Below are positions 40,353-51,692 of a DNA stretch of 64,000 nucleotides, piece by piece. The translations under genes and the position numbers were made by a program. Position 1 is the stretch's first letter. Each line of letters begins with the position of its first letter. The notes under the pieces were generated by a model. That model worked only from the letters and a program-made list of their open reading frames with translations, searched no databases and had not been told where the DNA came from. Source of the DNA: Phoronis australis. Taxonomy: Eukaryota > Animalia > Phoronida. The stretch is taken from assembly GCA_002633005.1 (NCBI GenBank), contig NMRA01000006.1, positions 18,485-82,484 of the forward strand. The letters run 5' to 3'.

Positions 40353-41010
40353 CAAGTGTAAAACTGGATCCAAGGCCGACGCCAGGAATGGGAAAACGTG
40401 ATCACAGGCTAATTAAATTAGCCTTCTTTGTTAATCTTTATGATTATTCATTAAGGGAAATTCAAACGTTCAGTCAATATTCTCATTATTACATCCAAAT
40501 CAAATTGTGTTGTTTCAACCGCCTACCGGCAAGATATTCACCACGTGACACACGCAAATGTAAACCCGTCAAATGAAGTCAAGTGAAGCTGCCTTTTCGT
40601 GCTATGTTACGTCACCGCAAGATCCCAGCACAAAAAACAAAAGGTTGTATTGAATGGGAGTCTGACTAGAACATCATTGCGTGCGAGTGTATTCACAGCT
40701 GTTTGAATTAAAAAGGTGATTCTCGCGGTGAAGTAGACAAAAGCAAGCCAATACCCCTAACAGTTCTTTACATTTGGCAATTCATGGCACTAGTGGGCTC
40801 AGAGCGATGCCCTTAACATATTCTTGGAACCAAATTTACAGGTGTTACAACTGAAGATAGGCTTTAAAGATGCAGCTGGCTAGTTGACCTATGGCAATAT
40901 TAAAAAGCCATTTCCTCAACCGTCTCTTTCACGCGCTCACCAGACCTGAATGCACTAATTTCCTTTTCGAGGGAATTCTTAAAAGGAAGAAAAACCCATA
41001 AACAACATCC

Positions 41011-41310
41011 AATGATAACATCTAGCTTCTTTGTTAACTGCCAAGCAAAGTCTTTTGTTTGTTATGACAACAGACAGGCCAATTATTTACCAGGCTTATT
41101 ACAGACCACGTGTGAACACCGTCAAAGCCAGAGCGAATCGATAAATTCAAAGAGGATATCATCGCAACTTCGATTGCAGTTGGGCGATTTTGGCGATTCA
41201 AAAACTAAACATGATCACCTTTAGACGAGGATTTCTGAATTGCTATTGGTTTATGTTCAAATATGTTACAACTTAATTTTTATTTTTAACAACAGGAAAA
41301 CGCCGTAATG
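41011..41310 (-). mobile_element. Partial, internally deleted CATTA-MITE copy
   Basis: Reverse complement of the 43780-44050 body; ends GGAAAACGCCGTAATG. Confidence 0.65.
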
Positions 41311-41742
41311 GCATGTCACAGAGGCGTCTCTGTGTGAGTCCGATATAGAAGTCTTTACAGTTGTCACATTCAACCTTATAAACAACAGTGCTGATCTGTA
41401 TGTTGGCATTTGCTGTTCTTTATAAATAATTATCCTGATGATTTCCAATGAATAGACGAAACGTTGATTGAACATGAGCTTTTTATTTGTGCGGCGATCG
41501 TCTGGTTTTTAATCTTACTAGGGCCAAAAACTGATTTAATAAAAACGACTTTCCCGCCAAGTCCTCTGAAACGATGTAATGTTCTGTTACCCTTGACAAC
41601 CCTCAAAAGTTTAGGAGAAAAATGAAAACTCCTATCAAAGTCTGCTAAACAGGTAAGCGTGACCTACGGTTTTAGCAATTTACATGGCAACTGTTGAAAG
41701 ATCACTCACCAAGGACCATAATATCCAATTTATGACATAGGA

Positions 41743-42110
41743 CATTACGGCGTTTTCCCGTTCAGTGACTTTACCAGACGTAGTAGGTTGAGAGCGTGTG
41801 ATAACATCTAGCTCCTTTGATAAATGCCAAGCACAGTCTTTTGTCTGTTATGACAGGCCAATTATCTACCAGGCCTATTACAGACCACGTGTGCACACAG
41901 TCAAACCCAGAACAAATTGGCACGTTCGGAAAGAATATATTGTCGTAACTTCGGTTGTAGTTGGGGGATTTTGTGGATTCAAAAACTAATCATGAACGAG
42001 GAATTCGTAAATGCTATTAGTTTATGTTCAAATATGTTATATAACTTTTATTTTTAACACCACACCAGTCAGGCTAAACGATCTTGTGTTGGAGATGAGA
42101 ACAGTTATCG
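41743..42110 (-). mobile_element. Partial CATTA-MITE copy
   Basis: Starts CATTACGGCGTTTTCCCGTTCAGTGAC and matches the reverse complement of the 43730-44100 body. Confidence 0.7.
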
Positions 42111-43577
42111 AATCAACGGGAAAATGGCTGGTCATAACAGGTCATTCGCTTGCCCTTGCTCCACTGTCCTTCATTCAAAGTCCTGTAGCCGACCCTGTGC
42201 CACATTGAACATGATGAAATCCCTTACCGTTTCAGTACCAGGCAAAGCCCAAAAGTCAACCTCGTCGACGTCATCGTTCGATTTACATATTCACAATTTA
42301 ATCAACTGTATAGTTTTACAACCGGCCAGTAAAGCAGATTACACCGAGGTAATTCGAACGTGCATATTGTCTTTTCGCACAAGTCTCACACCATCTCGTT
42401 GTAAAGTAGCGTAACTGGTAGCGGAATGGACCATACAAGCAGAAAGACAACGAACGCATCCGTCTTAGACCCGAGAGAGTACGCCGTTTCGGGGCGAAAA
42501 GTGCCGCATTCCGAATACATACTATAAAAGGGAGGAAGGTATAGATACGTGTGGACTTGCAGCAGGAAAATGTTGCGAAGAACATAAAGAACGCCACCTC
42601 ATGAAGCCACGATGTCTAAGTTGCTCTTCAAACCTAGACAATATGTTCCAGGCCACAAACTCCCATGAGGTTGCGAACCAAACGTGGTAAGAAAGGGTAT
42701 TGATAGATCCACAAACTTTCTAATTGTCCATACCTACAGTGTTTTTGAGAACGTCACCTGGTGGTGCTTACAATAAAGGACCAAGTTGGGTTGTCCAAGC
42801 TCGTTTTGCTTAAAGCGTTGTTAAACCCGTGCTTTCGTCGGTAAGTTTTGATTTAGGTCACTAGCCATTACAAGATTGGTTTCAGTTTGTTCTTTAGTCA
42901 AATTTTGAGTTCACTTCGACTCCGTAAGGACTGACAGTTCCTTATTGCATGACCTGAAATTTTGCGAGCTTGGTCATTTCTTCGCGAGCCCTGCAGAGAA
43001 CATAGCTAAACGGAGAAAGTGACCTATACCATAACTTGTTTTCTGACAAAGCTCAGGTATAATGCCGCTTGAAGAAATTGTAAAACTAAAGTATTCATGT
43101 TCACACGGAGGTAGAGTCTTAAGACTGATAGTCTATGGTGGGATTTGGTTGTAATGAACGCTTCGTCGGCATTGCAAAGGCGAGTTTGATTAAAAAGATA
43201 GTCAACACTGTTCCATCAATTCTCGTTCTGCATGCTAATGTGCCGTAAGTGATAAGCGCAGGATTCAACTATCCATTGAGTTCCAGATTTCGGAATGGAT
43301 ATGGCTCTTGGTGTCTGGTCTATCTCAGACCATTAGAAACTCGGCTCGTTCCATGGCACCTTATAATTCGTCAACTAGGCGTGTACACATACATTTCCCG
43401 CATTTTTCAAGAGGCTTGTTTGTGGACTATGATCTGAAGTCGTAAGTTACATTGTGTAAAGTCCACCAATTATCGCGTTAGTGATGCCTCCATGGCAAGA
43501 AAACGTTGGCAAAAATAGATATATCGTGGTGATTTTCCAGAACTGTTTGCCGTCTGGAATTGACTTCCTCGTGACGA

Positions 43578-44102
43578 CATTACGGCGTTTTCCCGTTGCT
43601 CCCAACTTGTTCGATTCTATAGCCCAACAAGTTTGGAAGATGACCCCTGTAGCCAATATCTTACACGACTGATTAACTCCGTTCTGACATTGATGGTTGT
43701 AGGACCAGCTCTCTTTTGTTCGATAATTGCTCTCCAATAAGATCGTATCTAGCCTGACTAGGTGGGCTGTGCTGTTAAAAATAAAAGCTGAGTTACAACA
43801 TATTTGAATATAAACCAATAGCATTTCTGAGATCCTCGTCAAATAGTGACCATGTTTAGTTTTTGAATAGCCAAAATCGTCCGACTACAACCGAAGTTAC
43901 GACAATCTATTCTTTCCAAACGTACCAATTCACTCAGGGTTTGACTGTGTTCACAGGGGGTCTGTAATACGCCTGGTAGATAATTGGCCTGCCTCTTGTC
44001 ATACCAAAAAGACTGTGCTTGGCAATTAACAGAGAAGCTAGAAGTTATCACACGCTCACAACCCTCTACGTCTGGTTAAGGTCACTGAACGGGAAAACGC
44101 CC
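43578..44102 (+). mobile_element. ~520-bp MITE family copy (CATTACGGCGTTTTCCCGTT termini)
   Basis: TIR-like ends CATTACGGCGTTTTCCCGTT / AACGGGAAAACGCC; the body aligns by eye to 55918-56433 and to partial copies. Confidence 0.75.
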
Positions 44103-45129
44103 GAGTATATGCCTCGGTCCTCTGGTATCTCCTGAAGAATGGTTTTAATACTTCATTGAATTGTAGTAGATGATTGGTCTCGGTGTCAAGATGTCGGACA
44201 CACGGTCACGGGAACGCTTTACAATGGATAAGATTGATGCCTTGGTTAGCCTTCAGCTCTAAAGCGTAGGTCACGCATGCGAGTTCAGCAGACGTAAATT
44301 TTCACGTTTGCTCAATACATTTGAACGTGGACAGGGATTCCAGAGTATTTTGTTTGAGAAAGATGAACGGGGAAGTGGTTGTTAATATGTTACCAGTGAA
44401 GAGTTAAATGTCTGTGTGAAAACAAAGCATCTTAGCAACCTAAAATCCGGCCGATGACACGAAAACAGAACAGAGATGCAAACCTAGTGATGACGGCTCT
44501 TGTTTAGAAGTTAAATTTAATGTTGTTTCGAAAACTGTAATGAACGCCTACGGTGGTTTCGAGCAGACCATACCTTTCGTAGGCATCGCTTTGACAAGCT
44601 GTCTAAGGTAATGGAAAAGATATTTTTTTTATTTCTATGGAATAGTTTGTCCACGACTATACATTTTACTCTTTATAGGCCATCATGTCCTCCTCTGTGT
44701 AATGTGGTGGAAATGCTTGTGGAGTACAAGCAGTTTTTCGCCCTAGTTATCCTCACTAAGTTGGAATTTTGAGGTGTGAGCGCACTTTCCCTTATTTTTT
44801 ATTTAGGCACAGACACTTGGGTTACTTCACTATTTCCCCAAAATGGCAACACGTATTCCTGAAAACTACTTTTCAAATGTTTCTCAGACAGTTGGCAGTC
44901 AGTGTCGTGTGGTAACGTGTACAACCCCCACAATGACGGTCAATTAACTGTTGGGTTACCACTACTGGAATACTACTGAGTAAACAGAAACCGTAGTCTT
45001 TGGGGTTTTGGTGAAAAAGGGGTCTTACTGTGAGCAGTTCGTTAGTTGCTTCTCTAGATACGTAAACTGGACAGAATCGTAAGTCGCACTACGGCAGAAA
45101 TCCGCCTACAGGTTAAGGACTGACCGCTC

Positions 45130-45175
45130 AATACAACAAAGAGAAACAAGAACGTAACAGAAGTAAAACTGTATT
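45130..45175 (-). terminator. Probable polyadenylation signal (AATACA variant) with U/GU-rich downstream element
   Basis: AATACA at 45175-45170 on the minus strand, ~750 nt after the stop, followed by ttttacttctgttacgttcttgtttctctttgttg. Confidence 0.5.
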
Positions 45176-45925
45176 CAAAATATGCTAATATCAAAGTATA
45201 AAACGTTAACACAATAGCATACAGATTCGAGGTCTTAATTTCAACCTTCTACACAAATCTTACGCTAACATTAAGTACAAAGTATGACATCTAACAATCA
45301 GTTGACAAGTCTACCGCATAACCAGTCGATAAAAGGGAACCGCTGTAAGAAACAATCGGACTATTGCTACCTTTCAAAAGATTAAAAAGCGAACGCTACA
45401 GCTGTAGACATGAAACTGCCAATATGACAGACGAGGGTCTTGAAATGCACTCTCTATAAAACATGGATATGCACGCGTGAAAGGCCAGTAAAGTACGTAA
45501 AACAAGAGAGAGCGGCATAAGCAAACCCTTCATGACAGTAAGAATCTCAAACGACGATCACCAAGAATAGCAACTTTAGTGCTACCTCAGAATTTTCAGA
45601 CAAGGAACTGGTCTACAGTACAAAAAACGGGACGTTAATCACGATCTTCTACAAGGTCACTAGACATATGAATGCGTCAACAGCCTACACTATGGGGTAA
45701 CCAATATCCACTTCTGAGATTACTCGAGCATCAACACCATACAACATATAACAAGTCCACAAGGTAAACCATTGTCCAGGTACTTTCAGCCAATTCTAGA
45801 CCCCAGTCTAGCCATCATAGCCAGCGAGAAAGAGAGAAAGAGTCATTAAGACATAAATGACGGGTGGAGTATTGTGTAACTTTCAGCAAGCAACGAGACC
45901 GCTGGCAAGACAAATTGAAAGGCTT

Positions 45926-48900
45926 TCATTGGTCTTGTATTGCAATATTATGAGTATCGTGCAACTCCGACGAAGACTCCAACGAGTTAATGAACATAGG
46001 ATTGTTTTTCAACGATACTACATCGCTTATGGTAATGCAGAATGAATCTTCGTCATCGTCTTCGGCAAATCCGATTGTTTCTTGGGAAGAGTCGTGACCA
46101 GACGTCTGGCTGTTTGCCTCACAAACCGAGTCGTAACTACTCTTCACGGCTTGTCCTTCCAGGTCGACACACAATGGATAGTTTAGCTTGTGCAGGTCGC
46201 TGTGATGTTCGTTCGTCTTTTTTGTTTGATCTCGGGGTATACTGAGCAACGTAGGGCTTCGTTCAGAACAGTTCTCTTTCTGCCCAGGATGCGACACAGA
46301 CATTTCTGATAGTTTACCGTCTTCGACCGTCGACAGATTGGAGATTACGTTACTGACATCTTTGATACACTTTGAGGCAACATCAACTTTGTGGGGCTGA
46401 ATGGATTTCCTTTTTCGACTTCGGCTTGAAATCTCATTAGGACTGTTCAGTGTTGTTTCTTTTGACGGACGTGTCACTTTGCGTTTCGCACTTCCCGTGG
46501 TCTTATTTGCTTTTCCACTTTCGGCAGGATGCGTCGCACCTGCTTCCTCGGCCACTTTTCTCGATTCAAGAAACTCTTTTAACTCCTGTAAAGCACTTTC
46601 GCCGAAGATTTGGTGCAGGCTGTGGAAGATCATCTTGAATGTAGTCAAGGGCAATATAAACTTCGACCGAAGAATACCCTCAGGGATTCCATAGTAATTG
46701 CACAGCGCCTTCTCTTCCATGGAGGTCATTCTCATGCAGTCCGTTCTGAGAACAGAATGGAGTGTGTATTCAAGTTCCGTAAAGCGAACGTGTGGGAAAA
46801 AGGTAATGCCAAGTTCTTCAACGGAGATGAACCACTCTTTGTTTCCTCTCCACAGCGAATGAAGAACTGGGACTAGCCTGTTGAAAAGATCTAATATACG
46901 CACATGGATGTCGTTGTCTTTTACGTCTTTTGGTAAAAATTTTCGCGACATGGTAGATGTAGGATTACTATCAGGGACGACCAAGAATGTCGAAGCTTTA
47001 CCCAATTCGTTTCCTTTCACGAAGTCTTTGGACTGCGCCGGCGCAAATGCAGTTTGTCCGGTGGTGGATTTCGGTATAGGAGGTGCATCAGAAAAACCGT
47101 TTGGAGCTTGCGCACTGGTAATTGGCAAAGTTAACACGTTTCTTCCTTTGCGGTGCTTTCTAGACCCAGAGTGCCATGTACTGGACGAGAGTGAAGTCGA
47201 TGGAGTAAAGGTTCCAGCACTCCTGCCCACTGCTGACGAGACATTAATGACAGGGTATCTACCGCTCGGAAGTACAGCTTCGGATGAACCAAAGGGCGGC
47301 TGTACTTCAGCTGATCCCATTAATGAGGATTGAACGGCAGGATGAGGCAAACTCGAAATTCGGTCTGCGTCACATATCAGACGATCTCTCTGGGCCGTTG
47401 TGGACCCAGTGAGAGTGTTCCCAGAATCGTTCTTCGCACGTGTTATATTACACTCATACCCACAATTGCCTGCTTGAAATCGGACAGGGGGAGAAGCTCG
47501 AATGCACCCAGGTTCGTTCTCTACGCGGTGAGGTTGCATTCGGCTTGCGTCACTAGACGAAAGTAACTGCTGTGGGTATGGGTACGGGGGTGGTGGTGCT
47601 CGCATCTCACTCGGCGTGGAAACCGTTGGAGTAGAGCAAGTTGATACAGATTGGTGATTTGATAGTCTTTTAAGAGCTTCATGGTCACTTGACTGGGGTA
47701 AAGCATAGTAAGCATTTACACTATTTGGGTATCTGCGCTGCATCCAAGACGGCAGCCTGTTGTGAAATTCAGGTCTCGGCTGATTAACAGCGGCAAGACT
47801 TCCAAGCGATGCTGAAAATGGATGACGCTGTATCAGAAGTGCCTGGTGAGGAGCATGATTATAGTATGCGGCACGTTGCTCTTGAGGATGGATAGAGGGG
47901 TTGAGCCTTTGCAGGTCTTCTAATGAAGGTTGAAAAGGAACCCGTGGACGATGATATGGTCGGTAAGTTTGAGGTAAATGTGGAGCGTAAAATCTTTGGG
48001 GTACTGACGCCTGATCAAGCTGGTTGCTGGATGGGAAATGGTGGATGGTTGGCATATCGGGCTTTGGAAACCTCTGAAAGGGTTGGCTTACAGGAAATGG
48101 CTGTCTAGTGTCAGAACCACTGTGCAGAGGCAATACTGGCATATATGGCTTCTGATGTTCTTGAGGATGCAATGGATGAACATCAGGGCATCGGTCTTGG
48201 TTCTGCTGGTTGACACTGTTAGACACACACGTGGCACTGGTGTGGCTGCCTGAAACACTGCTTGGTTCGCTGCTAGTTGCATACTGGCATGACAAGTCCA
48301 GTGGCATAGTTGATTCCTCAACTTGACGATCCTTTATTGCCTGATCAAAGGTTGGTGGTGCGTGTAGCATCTTAAGCGGATGAGGAGAAGTATCAGTTGA
48401 CGAACTGATTCTCTCAGTTGTAGACGGGGTTAGGGAAGTAACCGGCGTACATTTTTTTTGACTAGACAGTACATCAGGGACACTGGTGCCAACAGAAGAC
48501 TGTGACAATGCAGTAGTAACTGGTAAAGGAGAGATGCTGGTATCAGAAACCTTACTTTCATTAATGACAGGTTGCTTTACGAGTTTGCCTCCAACTTGAA
48601 TATTAATATCACCAGCTTTGACATTGGCTTTAGTCCCCAACATGCAAGGAGCTGTATTGCTTTCTTGTTCATCAACAATTGATTTGTATGGATTTTCACT
48701 CAACTCAACGATCTTTTTACAATTACTATGATTTTGAATGATGTTGACTGATACAAGTCTGATGCTGGGTCCAAATGTGTGAATGCCAAGGCATTCCCTG
48801 TTCAAACTCAGAAGTTCCCCATCATCCACCTGAACTGTGTCCACACGGTCTCTCTGAGTGAGAAGCTTCGCAGCCTGTCGCATTACCGATAGTGGCACAT

Positions 48901-49978
48901 ATCGAACACCGTGTCTCTCCACATAGGGAGTGTTTGTACAATCATTCACCCTGTACCAGCCAGTCTTCACACAGTAACTCTGGTACTGACGTTTAAGTTT
49001 CAAATAAAATGCTTTGAAGTCTAAAAACTTAACTAACAAGTTGCCAGCCAAGTACCGATGCTCTCCAACCTCCTTGCTGCATGACTGAGTATTAATACTG
49101 TTAAGCACACTGGCCTCTTCTTCAGTCATCTCGTAACGTTGGACATGCATGTCGCCTAGTTCCGCTACCTTCACAAATTTGGCTAATAACTTTGTGCTCA
49201 CCATGTGAAATGCTACATACTGAACACTGTTTCGATAAACACAAGGGATTTTCACGTGATCCAGTTCTATTAAGTCAAACTTAGACCACAGATCAACAAC
49301 ATTTGAACTAATCAGCTTAACTTCTTCATCACCATCTTCCTCCTCACCATCGCTATCATCAATGACAATAACTTTGGTTGATTCATCTGAAGTTTTCTCT
49401 TCAATGGATCTTGGCAACTTTGTTGTTACAGGTACTGATTTTGAATGTTCATAAGATGTGCAAGTCATATTTGGCTCGCAATGAGTAGACTCCGAGCTTT
49501 TCAAAGTCAGACTGGAGGGCAAATACTTCTGCACTTCAACAACTTGTGTATCCTGATCTGGTTGAGATTTTTGCACAACAGACGATCCTTCAACAGAAGT
49601 ACATCTACCAAGAGGTGAGGTTTCGGTGGTGTTCCCAACCTTTTCTGCAAGGGTCTCAGTTCCTAAAACCATAGACCGATCATCAATATTGCATTCTGTC
49701 TGTATCACAACTGGTAAAACGTTGTAGTTATTGTAAGCAACCAGATCTTTTTTCTCCGGAGTTACTAAGTCATTTTTTGTCCCCGTTTCTGGTGCCAAAA
49801 GACTCTTTTCACCACCGTTGGTGTCGGTTCCCGGTGACTGGCCATTCGTGAGCACATGCTGAGACCTTTTGTCATCACAGAGCTTCCCAACAACATCATT
49901 CTCTCGAGTTTTTGTTGGATTTGATAGATTTCGCTTGAGTTGCTCTGTGAGCTCCCACACATTCTGTCTTGCAGGCAT
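45926..49978 (-). CDS. Uncharacterised 1350-aa putative nuclear transcriptional regulator; CDS in a single exon
   Basis: 4053-nt uninterrupted ORF in otherwise ORF-poor DNA. In-frame TGA lies 6 nt upstream of the ATG, and a polypyrimidine acceptor (ttttattttctgtttcag) lies just upstream. Hydrophobic-patterned blocks at ~49280-48980, ~48970-48730 and ~46900-46600 sit among S/P/Q-rich low-complexity sequence. Motifs: PLDLS, PPPPY, RKRKS. Confidence 0.9.
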   Translation of the reverse strand: MPARQNVWELTEQLKRNLSNPTKTRENDVVGKLCDDKRSQHVLTNGQSPGTDTNGGEKSLLAPETGTKNDLVTPEKKDLVAYNNYNVLPVVIQTECNIDDRSMVLGTETLAEKVGNTTETSPLGRCTSVEGSSVVQKSQPDQDTQVVEVQKYLPSSLTLKSSESTHCEPNMTCTSYEHSKSVPVTTKLPRSIEEKTSDESTKVIVIDDSDGEEEDGDEEVKLISSNVVDLWSKFDLIELDHVKIPCVYRNSVQYVAFHMVSTKLLAKFVKVAELGDMHVQRYEMTEEEASVLNSINTQSCSKEVGEHRYLAGNLLVKFLDFKAFYLKLKRQYQSYCVKTGWYRVNDCTNTPYVERHGVRYVPLSVMRQAAKLLTQRDRVDTVQVDDGELLSLNRECLGIHTFGPSIRLVSVNIIQNHSNCKKIVELSENPYKSIVDEQESNTAPCMLGTKANVKAGDINIQVGGKLVKQPVINESKVSDTSISPLPVTTALSQSSVGTSVPDVLSSQKKCTPVTSLTPSTTERISSSTDTSPHPLKMLHAPPTFDQAIKDRQVEESTMPLDLSCQYATSSEPSSVSGSHTSATCVSNSVNQQNQDRCPDVHPLHPQEHQKPYMPVLPLHSGSDTRQPFPVSQPFQRFPKPDMPTIHHFPSSNQLDQASVPQRFYAPHLPQTYRPYHRPRVPFQPSLEDLQRLNPSIHPQEQRAAYYNHAPHQALLIQRHPFSASLGSLAAVNQPRPEFHNRLPSWMQRRYPNSVNAYYALPQSSDHEALKRLSNHQSVSTCSTPTVSTPSEMRAPPPPYPYPQQLLSSSDASRMQPHRVENEPGCIRASPPVRFQAGNCGYECNITRAKNDSGNTLTGSTTAQRDRLICDADRISSLPHPAVQSSLMGSAEVQPPFGSSEAVLPSGRYPVINVSSAVGRSAGTFTPSTSLSSSTWHSGSRKHRKGRNVLTLPITSAQAPNGFSDAPPIPKSTTGQTAFAPAQSKDFVKGNELGKASTFLVVPDSNPTSTMSRKFLPKDVKDNDIHVRILDLFNRLVPVLHSLWRGNKEWFISVEELGITFFPHVRFTELEYTLHSVLRTDCMRMTSMEEKALCNYYGIPEGILRSKFILPLTTFKMIFHSLHQIFGESALQELKEFLESRKVAEEAGATHPAESGKANKTTGSAKRKVTRPSKETTLNSPNEISSRSRKRKSIQPHKVDVASKCIKDVSNVISNLSTVEDGKLSEMSVSHPGQKENCSERSPTLLSIPRDQTKKTNEHHSDLHKLNYPLCVDLEGQAVKSSYDSVCEANSQTSGHDSSQETIGFAEDDDEDSFCITISDVVSLKNNPMFINSLESSSELHDTHNIAIQDQ

Positions 49979-49989
49979 CTGTCATGCAT

Positions 49990-50008
49990 CTGAAACAGAA
50001 AATAAAAC
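49990..50008 (-). promoter_or_regulatory. 3' splice acceptor of the large coding exon
   Basis: Minus strand reads gatgttttattttctgtttcAG|atgcatgacagATG: a classic pyrimidine tract plus CAG, 11 nt before the start codon. Confidence 0.7.
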
Positions 50009-50949
50009 ATCACTCAATCTAGGCCAAGTAAACGGCAAAACTACATTCCTACAAACCACACAACTGACTAGCAAAAACAAGAGGTTTTCTGAAACACTAT
50101 ATGCCACTCTTCTTGACCCATTTTATGCTTGCTAACTCTGCACCAAGAGAAATCGATTTCATCAAACAATTTTTGGTTGTTCTCTTAAGAAAATCATGGC
50201 CAAGGAAGATCACAAGCAGATTTTGTGAAATTAAAACATTTCAATCTGAGATAATTGTTTGCTGGTAGAACTGCTTCTTAAAGCCCAACTGACATACAAA
50301 GGCGTTTTACTGAAGCTGCTGAACGAACCACAGAGAAAAAACAATGACATTTCAAATTTAAAAACAAAATGGAGATGCACTTTAAGACATGGAAAGTGAG
50401 AGTGAAGAAGCAAAAAATCACATTTAAGCAAGACTATTTACAAAGTGGTTATCTATCACTCGTAGTAAGTTATTATCCACAGTATCAAGGAACAGGGCAA
50501 CCTTAATTCGTTAATCCTTCCTTTTGAGACTCACTTAAGGATGCCCATTAGATAAATTGATCAATTTGCGGTGTTGCTCCCAAGAATGCCAGAGACAGAT
50601 CTCATTTTAAATCTAACAGAGAAGATAGAGAAATCAAACAAGAAAATGAAGTACCACTGGCCAAGGCAGGTACACCAAATCCATGAAGGAAGAGAATGTT
50701 ACACCAGATCTTCCACATAAGAATATGCTGGATTGTATTGCGAAACAAATGTACACATCTTAGGTGTGCATTGAAATTCCTGGAAAAGTGCCAACTGGAG
50801 GTGGTGCGTTATCGGTAATCACACCATGAATGGCACGGGAAGTGTCAGGAGTGCTGTATTATTGAACACTGTTTCTCAAGAGATCGAACCTGCTGCAAAG
50901 CAGAACAAAGGTTACAGCTCTCCAAGGAAAGCACTTCTTTGCTTGTGTT

Positions 50950-51690
50950 CTCGGAAAAGTTGATCGTTAACTGAAAACATCCTGGAGCAACACACTAGCA
51001 CCTCACTGAATAATCCAAGCTCACTCAGCTGAAGCATATCAGCATCAAATACTAATTGTGCCCCATCAAATTTCCACACTGCATGTTTTCAGTATGAAAG
51101 CCTTAGTACCTCATCACCAGACTCGTCAAGAGCTGACCCAGTGAAGTGACTAAATTTCCCCTGCAAGTCATGGTGTGGCTTCAACAAGCAAAGAAACAAC
51201 ACCAAGGAACTGAGGCAAAAGCCCTTTAATAAGCTGTCAGGTAGAAAACTAATCAGTCATGGAGAATGGTAGTTTATCCTCAAGTCCTCAAAAATAACCT
51301 AGCACCTGCTCAGTGTTCTCACAAGCTATTTTATCATTTCTGACAAAACATATCTGCCTTGGATAACGCAACCTCAAATAATTTGCTCTCATTTTTTTCA
51401 ACATTTAGTGTTTGTCCTGCACTTCTAAGCATTGGGGTCCATTGCACCTGTCGTCAAAAAATTCTGGGGCTACTGTTCAGTTCTCGGAGTCAGCAAAACC
51501 TGCTGATACTTTCACTTGAGCACAAAATGAAACGGATGCTTTTGTTTCTTCAGTTTTAGTTCATACAACACCAGCTGAGTTGACAGCTCATGACATGGCT
51601 AGAGAATACAACAACTGAATAGACTAGCAGCTAGCTCATTCAATTGTTATGGTATTCTCAGGCCCTTTGGTTACCTGTCAGCTTTTCATC
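50950..51690 (+). mobile_element. Possible decayed hAT transposase relic
   Basis: DNATS..CPALLSIGVHCTCRQKILGL resembles the hAT DxA...HCxxHxLxL block; very degenerate. Confidence 0.3.
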
Positions 51691-51692
51691 TG

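Noticed and set aside
42300-42600. Coding-like GC-richer stretch
   Set aside because: No frame gives a motif I can name with confidence.
46042-48321. Antisense and alternate-frame ORFs within the large gene
   Set aside because: Expected shadows of a long coding exon, with no protein-like features.
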